From: Clostridiaceae bacterium
GTDB lineage: Bacteria; Bacillota; Clostridia; CAYPLH01; DUMO01
DNA length: 64,000 nt
Direction of reading: 5' to 3'
NCBI GenBank assembly: GCA_012839865.1
Contig: DUMO01000045.1
Span: 1-64,000, forward strand
In this document: positions 41,267-52,108 of the stretch, piece after piece
Layout: each line of letters starts with the position of its first letter
Position numbering within the stretch: the first letter of the stretch is position 1
Notes under the pieces: model-generated
What the model was told of the DNA's origin: nothing
The model's input: the letters and a program-made list of their open reading frames with translations, nothing else
Databases searched by the model: none
Position numbers and translations under genes: made by a program

Positions 41267-41728
41267 ATGGAAATGCATAAAGAGAACTTGATGTCTGATT
41301 TATCATACTTTCTTTCAGAACATATAAGGGAGATTGAAAATATTAAGGAATCTCTGCTTAATGGTTACTACAGCAACAACACGATAGAAAGCATGAATGT
41401 TGAAAACTTTTTTAAAGATTATATAAATACGGTTAATGCCTACTTAAATTCGTCAAAAGTCTGCTCCGGCAACAGCAACTGCCCCTTTGTAATAATCAAG
41501 AGTACGGTTGAGGTGCAGGACATGGATGATATGGATACATACCTGTATCACATCGTCCCTCCATATCATGAAGGTGCAAATCATGATGCGGACTATGCCT
41601 CATGCTTGTCTCCATTGGGAAGAGCATTGCTTTTTAAAAGTATCAACCAGAAGGTACAGGTGGAAACGCCTGCCGGAGTGTTGCGTTATATTATCAGAAA
41701 AATAACCGTTCCTGAACTGTCGACTTAA
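41267..41728 (+). CDS. GreA/GreB C-terminal-domain protein (atypical)
   Basis: V..STVEV.D, SCLSPLGRALL, VQVETPAG; upstream TTGACA-17-TAATAT. Confidence 0.75.
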   Translation: MEMHKENLMSDLSYFLSEHIREIENIKESLLNGYYSNNTIESMNVENFFKDYINTVNAYLNSSKVCSGNSNCPFVIIKSTVEVQDMDDMDTYLYHIVPPYHEGANHDADYASCLSPLGRALLFKSINQKVQVETPAGVLRYIIRKITVPELST

Positions 41729-41784
41729 AATGGCCATCCTGAAATTTTCGAATTCCTTCGGAAATTTTTTTGTAAACATACACC

Positions 41785-42006
41785 CTATAAATCCATTCCA
41801 TTCAGTATATCTCTTAATGCCTTAAGCTGTTCACCGGTCATGGTTACACCTTTACTCATCTTGTCATGTTCAGGAGACCATTCTCGAATATCATACTTTG
41901 CCTCCCGGTCATTCCAGCTTACAAGATTAAGCTCCATCGTCCATCCTTTTGCTGATTCTGACAATACTCCAAAGTTCCTGATTATTTCAAACTTGACTTC
42001 AGCCAT
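41785..42006 (-). CDS. YdbC/PC4-like ssDNA-binding protein
   Basis: GWTMELNLVSWND..KYDIREW..KMSKGVT. Confidence 0.9.
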   Translation of the reverse strand: MAEVKFEIIRNFGVLSESAKGWTMELNLVSWNDREAKYDIREWSPEHDKMSKGVTMTGEQLKALRDILNGMDL

Positions 42007-42213
42007 TATCCTTATTCCTCCCTCACTAATCAAAAACATTATTCTAATTATACAATATTCCCTGATAAATTCCATACATTTTTCTTGCTGCCTTATACGT
42101 CTTTATTATGTTACAGCTTGTATGCATTTTCACAGGGGCAATTTCGCTGGAATTGCAATACGGTAGCTTCCTGCCAGCGAGGAAAAGACGGATTTGATAT
42201 GAGTTATTTTATA

Positions 42214-42810
42214 CTATACTCTCTTTTTGGGCTGCAGTGTTTTATATGAGGAGGTTATCCCCAGGGTAAGTTTCATTACCATTTCCGCCATGTAACGGGC
42301 TGACTTTTTCATACCGTCATTCAGCCATTTTTGAACAAGTCCGACACACCCGGTTATAAAAAACGAATAAATACATTCTGCATCTTCCTTGGTAATATTG
42401 TTGTTGTCGGTCAGTTCATTGACTATTCTGTCATAGACCAGCATCATGACCTTTTTCTGAAAATTCAGGTCCCCCCGCTCGTTTAACAGCAATCTGCACA
42501 GTTTTCCGTTTTGTTTTATATATTCAAAAATTTCCTCCACCAAAGAAACATCGTCTCTGCTGTTGTCTGCTTTATACAATGCTTCTATATAGTCGCTGAC
42601 ATTATTCAAAAGTTCGTCTTCTATTTTCCTCAAGAGGTCATATTGGTCGTTATAGTGGGAATAAAAGGTGGCGCGATTTATATCTGCATCATCACAAATT
42701 TCTTTGATGGTTATCTTTGAAATATCCTTTTTTTCCAAAAGGTTTATCAAGCTCTCTTTTAGCACCATCCTGGTGTATTTTGCCCGTCTGTCCAATTTGT
42801 CGCTTTTCAT
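42214..42810 (-). CDS. TetR/AcrR-family regulator
   Basis: KITIKEICDDADINRATFYSHY. Confidence 0.92.
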   Translation of the reverse strand: MKSDKLDRRAKYTRMVLKESLINLLEKKDISKITIKEICDDADINRATFYSHYNDQYDLLRKIEDELLNNVSDYIEALYKADNSRDDVSLVEEIFEYIKQNGKLCRLLLNERGDLNFQKKVMMLVYDRIVNELTDNNNITKEDAECIYSFFITGCVGLVQKWLNDGMKKSARYMAEMVMKLTLGITSSYKTLQPKKRV

Positions 42811-42981
42811 GCAATCCCTCCAGTTTTGTTAAATCTGATAAATTTCATGCATTCTGAACAATATATGTTTAGTAACTAACATTTAAAAAATATCTGTCTG
42901 TTGTATTCCACCCACAATGCAATTAAACTATATATGTGTAATATTGTCAACACTGTGTTCAGCAAATAAGGAGGGAACTAC

Positions 42982-45036
42982 GTGGAAAAATTTGCGCAAG
43001 GGGCACTTAATCATAGAAAAGGCATTATTGCAGTGTTTTTGATTTCCGTTATGCTTTGCATTTTTCTTTCAACAAGAGTTTCGGTCAACTATGACATGGT
43101 GGATTATCTCCCTGAAGACGCGCAGTCAACAACTGCAATCGAATTAATGGAGGAATTTGGAGGTGAAATACCAAATGCAAGGATAATGCTGACAAATGTG
43201 TCCATATACGAAGTACTGGAGTACAAGGAAAAAATTAAAGCAATAGACGGGGTGACATCGGTTACCTGGCTGGATGACATAATCGGTCTTGAAACACTGA
43301 AATCAGTACCTCTTGAATTCATGGACAAGCCGATGCTTGAAAGCTACTATAAAGACAATAATGCTTTGTTATCGGTATCCATCAAAGGCGGAAAAGAAAT
43401 AATCACCATGAGTGCCATTTACGAACTTATCGGCGGGAACAATGCCGCTTCCGGTGAAGCTGTCAGTGCAGCAGAAACGCAGGCAATGTCGGTTTCAGAA
43501 GCGGGAAAGGCTTTGGCTATATTACTTCCGATAATTATTATCATTTTGATTATATCAACCGATTCGTGGATAGAGCCTTTGTTGTTCTTATTCAGCATAG
43601 GCGTGGCAATAGCGATTAATATGGGAACAAATATAATTTTTGGCGAGATATCCTTTATAACCAATACGGTGAGTCCCATCCTGCAACTTGCGGTTTCACT
43701 GGATTATGCAATTTTCCTTCTTCACAGTTTCAATGAACACCGCAAAACCAATGAACCCCGGTCTGCGATGCTGCTGGCTATGAAGGAAGCTTTTTCAACA
43801 ATTGCCGCCAGTGCTGCCACAACCGTAATAGGTTTTTCAGCCCTGATATTCATGCGTTTCAGTATTGGGGCGGATCTGGGGCTTAATCTTTTGAAGGGTG
43901 TTACCCTCAGCTTTATTTCAGTTATTGTTTTCTTACCTGCCATTACTTTATTGTCGTACAATATTATTGATAAAACCAGACATCGAAGATTAATGCCTGA
44001 GTTCAAAAAATCCGGCAAGTGGCTGATGAAGGTCAGGATGCCGTTTTTGTTAATTGCCCTCCTGATTGTGGTACCGGCATATCTTGCTCAATCCAACACT
44101 CAGTTTGTATATGGCACTGAAAGTATTGCCAGTGCATCACGGGTCGGAAAAGATACTGCATTTATAAAAGAGCATTTTGGAAATGAAAATATTTTGGTCT
44201 TGCTGGTTCCCAAAGAAGACCCGGGCAAAGAGCTTCAGCTTTGCAGTGACCTTGCAGATATTTCTCATGTAACTGATGTTGTGTCTTTTGTTACATCAGT
44301 TGGCTCTTCAATACCACACGAGTTTGTCCCGGCGGAAGCTCTGGAACAATTTTACTCGGATAATTATGCACGGATAATCCTTTACACAGATACAGACAAG
44401 GAAGGCCCGGAGGCCTTTGATACTGTACAGGCCGTTTTGAATACTGCATCGGAGCATTATGACACATATTACCTTGCAGGAGAAAGTGCAACGCTTTACG
44501 ATATGAAAAACGTTGTTTCAGTTGACAACAGACGTATTAACCTCATTGCAATAGCAGGAATACTGCTTACACTTCTTGTTACGTTTCGTTCCCTGGTCCT
44601 GCCCCTGTTTTTACTGTTTACGATTGAAACAGCCATCTGGATTAACCTTTCAATTCCGTATTTTATCGGAAAGCCCTTGAGTTTTGTGGGATTTTTGATT
44701 ATCAGTACAGTGCAGTTGGGGGCAACAGTGGACTATGCCATTTTGATTACAAATACCTATTTGCGAAACAGGATGGCTCTTCCTAGAAAAGAAGCCATGT
44801 CAGAGACCCTGGGCAACAATCTGATATCGGTACTTATATCCGCCGGGATTCTCTCAACTGCAGGATTTGCTCTTGCATATACATCCAGCAACCCTGTTAT
44901 ATCAGACCTTGGTTTGCTCCTTGGCCGGGGAACGCTGTTGTCCCTTGCCATGGTAGTCTTTGTCCTTCCGGCATTACTTGTGCTGTTTGACGGAGTAATC
45001 CAAAAAACTACCTTTAAAAATAATGTGAGCAATTAA
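42982..45036 (+). CDS. MMPL/RND-family transporter
   Basis: Two TM repeats with LAVSLDYAIFL and LGATVDYAILI. Confidence 0.9.
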   Translation: MEKFAQGALNHRKGIIAVFLISVMLCIFLSTRVSVNYDMVDYLPEDAQSTTAIELMEEFGGEIPNARIMLTNVSIYEVLEYKEKIKAIDGVTSVTWLDDIIGLETLKSVPLEFMDKPMLESYYKDNNALLSVSIKGGKEIITMSAIYELIGGNNAASGEAVSAAETQAMSVSEAGKALAILLPIIIIILIISTDSWIEPLLFLFSIGVAIAINMGTNIIFGEISFITNTVSPILQLAVSLDYAIFLLHSFNEHRKTNEPRSAMLLAMKEAFSTIAASAATTVIGFSALIFMRFSIGADLGLNLLKGVTLSFISVIVFLPAITLLSYNIIDKTRHRRLMPEFKKSGKWLMKVRMPFLLIALLIVVPAYLAQSNTQFVYGTESIASASRVGKDTAFIKEHFGNENILVLLVPKEDPGKELQLCSDLADISHVTDVVSFVTSVGSSIPHEFVPAEALEQFYSDNYARIILYTDTDKEGPEAFDTVQAVLNTASEHYDTYYLAGESATLYDMKNVVSVDNRRINLIAIAGILLTLLVTFRSLVLPLFLLFTIETAIWINLSIPYFIGKPLSFVGFLIISTVQLGATVDYAILITNTYLRNRMALPRKEAMSETLGNNLISVLISAGILSTAGFALAYTSSNPVISDLGLLLGRGTLLSLAMVVFVLPALLVLFDGVIQKTTFKNNVSN

Positions 45037-45055
45037 TTATAGGAGTGTGGTTAAA

Positions 45056-46639
45056 ATGAAAAAGTTTCTATCGGTTGCTTTAACAGCCATATTATTATTT
45101 GGATTATTCAATACTGCTTATTCGACAGGCAGCCTTCAACCTCAGGACAATCCTGCCAATCCTCCCGAAGATGCCTTCCCTTCTCAAAAAGAGGAAGTCG
45201 TATATGGCATACTTAATCTGGACGGCAGCGTAGACAGCATTTATGTGGTCAATATATTCAATGGCGGCAACATTATCGATTATGGCAATTATTCTGAGGT
45301 GCGGAACCTGACAACTGCTGAAAAGATAAATGTTGAGGGGGATAAAATATCAATAAGCACGGAAGCTGACAAGTTTTACTATCAGGGGACTCTTGAAAAA
45401 AAGGAATTGCCCTGGGACATTTCCATTAAATATTTCCTTGACGAAAAGGAAATACCCGGAACTGAGGTTGCAGGAAAAAGCGGGCGGTTGAAAATAGCTA
45501 TTTCAATCAATCCCAACATTAATGTCAACAGCATTTTTTTCAACAATTATGCCCTGCAAGTTGCAGTCACCCTTGACAGCAGGCTCTGTTCCAATATAGA
45601 ACCTGGTAATGCCACCGTTGCGGAGGCAGGAGGGAAAAAGCAACTCACCTATACATGCCTTCCCGGCAACAGTGTTGATATCATCCTGGCAGCAGACATC
45701 CATGACTTCGAAATGGAACCGGTAAGCATCAATGGCATCAAGCTTTCCATGGATATACCCGTTGACAGTGATGAGCTTTCAGTGGAAATTTCAAAACTCA
45801 CCGATGCCATAGGAGCTCTTGATGATGGTGCCGGAGAATTGCTGGGGGGCCTTAACCGGTATTCAGAGGGTATGCAAAAATATGTTGACGGCTTGAAGGC
45901 TTTCAGGGAGGGACTTGGCCAATTGTCCGACGGTGCCGGTAAGCTTAATGAAGGAGCCACTGCCCTGGAAAAAGGCTTATCCATGCTGACAGAACAAAAC
46001 AGTGCCCTGGTTAGCGGTGCGTTGGCCATACAGCAAGCCACTTTTGATTCCATCAACAAGGCACTGGGCAGCCTGGGTTTGGAGCTTCCCCCATTGACCC
46101 CGGAAAATTACAGTGAGATTCTGGATAAGATACCACACCTGGCAGCTGTTAAAAATCAGCTTGACGGTGTCGTTCAATTTGCACAGGGATTGAAAAGTTA
46201 CACGGAAGGTGTTGCACAGCTTAGAAATGGAGCTTCGGAGTTGGCAAAAGGAACAGCTGAATTCAGCTCTTCCTCTTCTGTAATTATCTATTCGGCAAAT
46301 GAATTGTATAATGCCGGAGCACAATTGAATATGGCTGCAAAAGAGCTGCAAAAAGGACTTGATGAATACAAGAAGGGTACAAAGGAACTGAGGGACGGAA
46401 CAAGCAATATGAGTGAAGAGATAAGCAGCAAGATCAGCGAACTTGTAGGAAGAATTACCGGCGGCCAAAGCAAAGCAGTGTCCTTTGTATCGGAAAAAAA
46501 CACAAATGTCACGGCTGTACAGTTTGTCCTGAAAACAGGCTCCATAAAAGTGCCTGAAGCCCCAAAATCAGCTGCCGGCGAAACCATGGAGCTGACCCTT
46601 TGGCAAAAACTGCTGAAATTATTCAGCTTTGATTCATAA
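45056..46639 (+). CDS. Secreted YhgE/Pip-like protein with X-X-X-Leu-X-X-Gly heptads
   Basis: Signal peptide; K.EVVYG.L..DGS; repeats such as LDDGAGELLGG and LSDGAGKLNEGA; ends SFVSEKN...VQFVLKT. Confidence 0.8.
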   Translation: MKKFLSVALTAILLFGLFNTAYSTGSLQPQDNPANPPEDAFPSQKEEVVYGILNLDGSVDSIYVVNIFNGGNIIDYGNYSEVRNLTTAEKINVEGDKISISTEADKFYYQGTLEKKELPWDISIKYFLDEKEIPGTEVAGKSGRLKIAISINPNINVNSIFFNNYALQVAVTLDSRLCSNIEPGNATVAEAGGKKQLTYTCLPGNSVDIILAADIHDFEMEPVSINGIKLSMDIPVDSDELSVEISKLTDAIGALDDGAGELLGGLNRYSEGMQKYVDGLKAFREGLGQLSDGAGKLNEGATALEKGLSMLTEQNSALVSGALAIQQATFDSINKALGSLGLELPPLTPENYSEILDKIPHLAAVKNQLDGVVQFAQGLKSYTEGVAQLRNGASELAKGTAEFSSSSSVIIYSANELYNAGAQLNMAAKELQKGLDEYKKGTKELRDGTSNMSEEISSKISELVGRITGGQSKAVSFVSEKNTNVTAVQFVLKTGSIKVPEAPKSAAGETMELTLWQKLLKLFSFDS

Positions 46640-46881
46640 TACAGGTTTTCTAATCATAAACATTATTGCAATATGCTCTAAAATTAAATGTCCAGCAGGT
46701 TAATTCTGCCGGGAAACAGTTAAATACGCAATGTGTACAGGCTGCACAACAGCCTGCATGTTGCTGTCCGGAATAAGTTGGATATGGAATTCCCTCTTCT
46801 TTTCATAAACATTGCCTTAAGCAAAACAGGTACATTAAAATTATGTACCTGTTTTTGCTCAAATGTTTTTCAATGCCTTCA

Positions 46882-47031
46882 CTATGCTTTTATTTTGAAT
46901 TGTCTCTCAAGCATAGAGGATACTTTTGGGAAACCATCCGCCAGAATTCGCACTGCATCATCATCAATATTATAATTTTTCAGCTCTTTTTTAAAATTCT
47001 TCATGCAAATACTTCTTCTGAACAACAACAT
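46882..47031 (-). CDS. Possible small protein or 5'-truncated fragment (49 aa)
   Basis: MLLFRRSICMKNFKKELKNYNIDDDAVRILADGFPKVSSMLERQFKIKA*; frame extends about 20 hydrophobic codons upstream; no SD; followed by a terminator at 46821-58. Confidence 0.35.
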   Translation of the reverse strand: MLLFRRSICMKNFKKELKNYNIDDDAVRILADGFPKVSSMLERQFKIKA

Positions 47032-47098
47032 GCAGTATATCGCAGGTAATACAAACAGTACAATAGAAAGAAGCTTAAGCAGGATATGGCATTATCTA

Positions 47099-47845
47099 TC
47101 AATTAACCGTTTGAAATTTAAATATTGTAACCTTCCTTTTGCCATGGGAGAAGTAGTCCATCCTTTTATACAAGCCGGATTTAACCTTCTGCTTCTTGTC
47201 AGACACTACTGCAACTATGGAATGCGAAGGAATAGCGTGGTATAAGCTTTCCAGGAAAAGTTCCGCATGGTTGGAACCTGAACTTTCATCAGACCAATTC
47301 GTGATTCTTCCATATGGTATATCAGTAATTACAACATCAACCGTATCAAGCCTTCCGGCTTGTTCACCAAGGTTCAAGGCATTGGCACAAAAACAATCCA
47401 ACTCCATATCCCCCTTTCTGGATTCAACCGTTCTCGTAAGCCTTATGGCACTGTCCAAAGCGTTCTTGTGAGATTCTTTCTTGTATTCCTTCAGCAACTT
47501 CTCAATTTGTTCAATTCTCTGTTTAATACCTTGAGCATTTAAAAGGTTCAGGTTGCGCATTGCCAGGCAAACCATCTGATTATCAATATCCGATGCGACA
47601 ATTCTTTTAATATCCCGGCCATGCAAAAATCCTAATACTGTAAGAAGATAACCTCCCCCGCAAAAAGGGTCGTACAATGTATAAGGCCCGTTAACACCAC
47701 TACTTGCCAGTGCAGCCTTGCATCTTTCAAAAATTTCACTTCCGAGTCTTGCCGGAAAAGGGGCGGTTCCAGGCATGTTATACAATACCCGCCCGCTTGC
47801 ATAATCTTCATAATTCAACTGTTGGGTTGCATAGATGTAATGCAT
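47099..47845 (-). CDS. AviRa-like rRNA methyltransferase
   Basis: YEDYASGRVLY..PG...FPARLGSEIFER, LYDPFCGGGYLLTVLG.LH, ASDID, TDIPYG match my recollection of Streptomyces AviRa. Confidence 0.8.
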   Translation of the reverse strand: MHYIYATQQLNYEDYASGRVLYNMPGTAPFPARLGSEIFERCKAALASSGVNGPYTLYDPFCGGGYLLTVLGFLHGRDIKRIVASDIDNQMVCLAMRNLNLLNAQGIKQRIEQIEKLLKEYKKESHKNALDSAIRLTRTVESRKGDMELDCFCANALNLGEQAGRLDTVDVVITDIPYGRITNWSDESSGSNHAELFLESLYHAIPSHSIVAVVSDKKQKVKSGLYKRMDYFSHGKRKVTIFKFQTVN

Positions 47846-48073
47846 CAGGCTATCTCCTTTTTATTCCAGTGCAATAAGATACTTTCTGTTAATTATTATA
47901 CATAAGCTGTTTATTATGCACAATAAGTCTAAAAGTTGCTTTAATACTCACGTTTATAATCGTCCCGGGGCCAAATTCCCATGTTAATACTCACTTGCAA
48001 AATATTACTCATTGAAAATATTATGTAAACTAATATAATATTCTCGAATACTTTTGCTGAAAGAGGAGATTCT

Positions 48074-48523
48074 ATGAGAAAAATAATAATAACCGGAGTA
48101 ATCATACTGGCTTTATTGTTGGGAAGCATACAAGTTTTTGCAGCATCTGTGTTAGACTCGGATATAATAAGCTTGATCCGGACATCCATCACTTCAATTG
48201 CCGATTACTATAATTCCATTTTAAGCGGCGAAACAGAAAATCTCAATGAACAATATAAAACCAAAATCAGTCAATATATAGACAGCGTAGCTGATTTGAT
48301 TAAAAACAAAATTGAAGAGCACAGGAATAATGAGCTTGAACGGGCAAACCAGGAGCTGAACAGCTATTTTGAAAACATGACGGATGAGGCTGACGGTATA
48401 ATAAATGCTGAACTGGAAAATGCCAAGGCAGAACTAACTCAGAGTATAGATAAAGATATCGAGAAAATTAAAAAGGACATGGCAAAGGAAATCGAAAAGC
48501 AGATCAAGGAAAAGTTAAAGTAA
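48074..48523 (+). CDS. Hypothetical secreted coiled-coil protein
   Basis: Signal peptide ending VFA-A; heptad-rich helical body; SD AGAGGAG. Confidence 0.7.
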   Translation: MRKIIITGVIILALLLGSIQVFAASVLDSDIISLIRTSITSIADYYNSILSGETENLNEQYKTKISQYIDSVADLIKNKIEEHRNNELERANQELNSYFENMTDEADGIINAELENAKAELTQSIDKDIEKIKKDMAKEIEKQIKEKLK

Positions 48524-48716
48524 ATGTAAGCTATATGCTGCTTTAAATTTAATGAAAACACTCTAAAAGGGTGTTAGCCGTTATCTGTAAGCTAATGTTT
48601 AATCTATGCAATGGTCCGTATACAAAATCACCTCTGATTAATAGACAACATATAATATTATGCAGACTTTTCAAGTATACCTTAATGTTATCCGGCTTTG
48701 TACCTGCCGTTTAATT

Positions 48717-49565
48717 TCAATCATTCTGCTCTTCCACCATTTCCTCAAACATTTTAGCCACAGGGTCAAGCCAGTTTCCGTCAAAGAGTTCGATCATTCC
48801 CTTGTCACAGGCGGCTGACAACTTAGGATCAATGGGTATTCTTCCAAGAACCTTTAAATTATGCTTTTCTGCAATTTCTTCTATATGGCTGTCGCCGAAT
48901 ATCTTATACTCCTTGCCATTGTCGGGGCATTTGAAATAAGACATGTTTTCCACAAGTCCGATAATGGGAATATTCATCATTTCAGCCATCTTCACCGCTT
49001 TGGATACTATCATGGACACCAGTTCCTGGGGAGAGGTGACAACTATGATTCCATCAACCGCTATGGATTGAAATACGGTAAGAGGAACATCACCTGTACC
49101 GGGCGGCATGTCGATGAACATGAAATCCACATCACACCAGACTACATCGGTCCAGAATTGCTTGATTAGACCTGCAATCATCGGTCCTCTCCAGACCACC
49201 GGGTCAGTATCCTTTTCCAGAAGCAGATTAATTGACATGACTTCTATACCGGTTTTAGTTTTTACAGGCAGCAAACCAAATTCACTTCCGGCAGCTTTTC
49301 CTTTTAAACCAAAGGCTTTGGGAATAGAGGGTCCCGTAACATCCGCATCAAGAATTGCAGTGCGATACCCCAACCTGTTCATGGTTACCGCAAGCATTGA
49401 AGTAACCATTGACTTGCCCACTCCACCTTTTCCGCTGACAATGCCAATGACCTTCTTTACACTGCTCATCTTATTGAGTTCCTCGGAAAAATCAGTTTTT
49501 TGCGTTTCCCTTTCAGCGCAGTTTTCCGAGCAATTGCTGCAACTTTTATTACATTTTTCACTCAT
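48717..49565 (-). CDS. Mrp/NBP35/ApbC Fe-S cluster carrier ATPase
   Basis: N-terminal Cys-rich segment; SGKGGVGKS, WRGP, DMPPGTGD, ENMS. Confidence 0.93.
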   Translation of the reverse strand: MSEKCNKSCSNCSENCAERETQKTDFSEELNKMSSVKKVIGIVSGKGGVGKSMVTSMLAVTMNRLGYRTAILDADVTGPSIPKAFGLKGKAAGSEFGLLPVKTKTGIEVMSINLLLEKDTDPVVWRGPMIAGLIKQFWTDVVWCDVDFMFIDMPPGTGDVPLTVFQSIAVDGIIVVTSPQELVSMIVSKAVKMAEMMNIPIIGLVENMSYFKCPDNGKEYKIFGDSHIEEIAEKHNLKVLGRIPIDPKLSAACDKGMIELFDGNWLDPVAKMFEEMVEEQND

Positions 49566-49826
49566 ATTTATTTCTCCTTTTATATACCGCACCGTTTTGT
49601 TACGGCAGCGGCAAATAGTACTTTGATGACAACAATTATCTATCGAATGTGGAATCATTAATAAATCCGCATTACCCTATTTAAAATATACCCACACCGG
49701 AAGCAATTATAAGCAACTAATTTTCATGTGTCAATAACTACTGTCTGAAATACTATTTTTTTATTGTAATATTTCTCCTGTTAATGTAAAATAATTTTGA
49801 ATATTTTCGTCTACGGAGGGTTATAT

Positions 49827-50819
49827 ATGGGAAAATCATCGACTATAATCGGCGGTGCACTGCCAAATATCCCCTGGGAGGATAAACCGGCAGGCTGCAG
49901 GGAAGTTATATGGCGTTCCGAGAAAAATCCAATTATATTAAGAGATGCCATTCCTTCATCAAACAGCATTTTCAACAGTGCTGTTGTACCATATAAAGGA
50001 AAGTATGCAGGTGTATTCCGCTGTGATAATAAAAGCAGGCTCCAGCAAATTCATGCAGGTTTCAGCGAAGACGGCATTACCTGGAAAATCAATGACGAAC
50101 GGATTTCATTCATATGTGATGATGCTGAAGTCGGCCGTTTTGAATATGCATATGATCCCAGGGTATGCTGGATTGAGGACAGATATTACGTCACCTGGTG
50201 CAATGGATATCATAGCTATCCGACAATCGGCATGGCCTATACATATGACTTTGAAAAGTTTTATCAGATGGAAAACGCATTTCTCCCCTTCAATAGAAAC
50301 GGAGTATTGTTCCCAAGGAAAATCAAAGGAAAGTATGCGATGCTGAGCCGGCCAAGTGACAACGGTCATACTCCTTTTGGTGATATATACTACAGTGAAA
50401 GCCCGGATCTTATACACTGGGGGCGCCACAGACATGTAATGTCTCCCCTGGAGCCCTGGGAAAGGACTAAAATAGGCGCAGGCCCAATACCTATCGAAAC
50501 TACAGAAGGATGGCTGTTGTTCTACCACGGTGTACTCACATCATGTAATGGATTTGTATACAGTTTCGGCGCAGCATTGCTGGATATTGATGAACCCTGG
50601 AAGGTATTGTACAGGACCAGGCCTTATCTTCTTTCTCCGCAAAAACTTTATGAATGTGTAGGCGACGTTCCAAATGTTGTGTTCCCCTGCGCAGCCCTGC
50701 ATGATGCTCCGACAGGGAGGATTGCAATATATTACGGAGGAGCGGATACGGTAATCTGCCTTGCCTATACCCGGGTGGATGAACTGATTGAATTTATTAA
50801 AGCAAATTCATCAGTGTGA
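49827..50819 (+). CDS. GH130 beta-1,4-mannooligosaccharide phosphorylase (RaMP2-like)
   Basis: [56 protein letters not shown]. Confidence 0.9.
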   Translation: MGKSSTIIGGALPNIPWEDKPAGCREVIWRSEKNPIILRDAIPSSNSIFNSAVVPYKGKYAGVFRCDNKSRLQQIHAGFSEDGITWKINDERISFICDDAEVGRFEYAYDPRVCWIEDRYYVTWCNGYHSYPTIGMAYTYDFEKFYQMENAFLPFNRNGVLFPRKIKGKYAMLSRPSDNGHTPFGDIYYSESPDLIHWGRHRHVMSPLEPWERTKIGAGPIPIETTEGWLLFYHGVLTSCNGFVYSFGAALLDIDEPWKVLYRTRPYLLSPQKLYECVGDVPNVVFPCAALHDAPTGRIAIYYGGADTVICLAYTRVDELIEFIKANSSV

Positions 50820-50883
50820 AATAGTACTGGATACCAACCTCAGGCTCCTGTGACAAGAAATATTTTATGAAGATATTGAAAGT

Positions 50884-50912
50884 AAAACGGGGGATTTTCA
50901 AATCCCCCGTTT
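50884..50912. terminator. Bidirectional terminator between GH130 and purC
   Basis: AAAACGGGGGAT-TTTCAA-ATCCCCCGTTT. Confidence 0.8.
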
Positions 50913-50970
50913 AATGTGTTTTTTTAGTTCAACATCATTGCCTTGCCAGGCGATAAGGTTAACATCCTGG

Positions 50971-51654
50971 TTAGCCCAGTATTATCTTTTCCAGTTCCAA
51001 AGGCTCGATAAATTCACCATTTCGAAAGACACGCATGTTTCCTCCTGAAATTTCATCTATCAGGGCGACATGATTGTCTTCACCAACTCTGCCAAACTCA
51101 AACTTGATATCATAAAGCTCCAGTCCTTTAGATGCAAGTTCATCTTTTACAATTTGCCCTATTTTTTTTGTCAAATCCACTAAAACCTTGTATTCTTCCC
51201 TGGTCATGATTCCGAGCATGTCAAGGGCATCTTCGGTAATCAAAGGATCATTTCTTGCATCATCCTTCAATGTTACTTCAACATAGCCGTTCAAGGTCTG
51301 GCCTTCTTTGCAGTATGTTCCATAGCGCCTGAAAAAACTTCCGACGGCTCGATATCTTATAATGACTTCAACTCCCTTGCCAAAGAGCTTTGCAGGCCTG
51401 ACAGTCATTGTCTGCTGATCAATATCAGCGCTTATATAGTGGGTAGGGATTCCTGCCTTGTTTATCTTTTCGAAAAAGTAGCAAGTCAACCTTAAACCGG
51501 CTTTTCCCGCTCCTTCAATTGTTAGCCCCACTGTATTGGCTCCCGGATCAAACACTCCATCCGTGCCTGTAACGTCATCCTTAAACTTTAATAAGTAATT
51601 TCCATCTTCTTTCAAGTAAACATCCTTGGTTTTTCCGGTGTAAATTTTCTTCAT
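50971..51654 (-). CDS. purC: SAICAR synthetase
   Basis: [33 protein letters not shown]. Confidence 0.95.
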   Translation of the reverse strand: MKKIYTGKTKDVYLKEDGNYLLKFKDDVTGTDGVFDPGANTVGLTIEGAGKAGLRLTCYFFEKINKAGIPTHYISADIDQQTMTVRPAKLFGKGVEVIIRYRAVGSFFRRYGTYCKEGQTLNGYVEVTLKDDARNDPLITEDALDMLGIMTREEYKVLVDLTKKIGQIVKDELASKGLELYDIKFEFGRVGEDNHVALIDEISGGNMRVFRNGEFIEPLELEKIILG

Positions 51655-51883
51655 ACCTTTTACTCCTTTATGATAAATAGTTATTAATTTAATGATGATT
51701 TATACAAATCATGCATAAAACAGACTCTGCCGTTTCATGAATTCCCTGACCGTGAAAGAGTATCAAGCTTAATCTTCACTCAAAAATTATACTATTATAC
51801 AATTGTATTGTATATAGTTTTTTTACTGTTTTTAATTATTCTGAATAAACATATTGTTGCTTTTCCGGCATCCAGGGAGATTA

Positions 51884-52108
51884 TTATTCATTTGTCGATG
51901 CTTCCCTTAGTTTATGCAAAATTTCATGGTACTCCCTGTCGAGGGCTTCCAGATCATCCTGCTTTGACGGCGCTGATAATTTTCCAATTATCTCGGAAAG
52001 CCTGTTTTGCAAAACAATCTTCTGTGCCTGGGCTTCTGCTTTGCTAATATCCTTCAGGGTTCTGCTCCTTTGCATATAATCAGAATAATTTCCTGAAAAC
52101 AGTTTTAA
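51884..52108 (-). pseudogene. C-terminal remnant of an ABC-F ribosomal-protection-type protein
   Basis: LKLFSGNYSDYM...LQNRLSEIIGKLSAPSK..DLEALDREY; no Walker motifs present. Confidence 0.6.

Noticed and set aside
46650..46815. Cys-rich minus frame (GCCAACTHCVFNC) flanked by an 11-bp direct repeat TCATAAACATT
   Set aside because: No start codon or SD, no modifying enzymes nearby, no terminal inverted repeats; compatible with chance in AT-rich DNA.
51655..51800. Purine, PRPP or ZTP riboswitch upstream of purC (also checked upstream of purE and purF)
   Set aside because: No recognisable aptamer consensus or terminator; an Rfam scan would be needed to exclude it fully.
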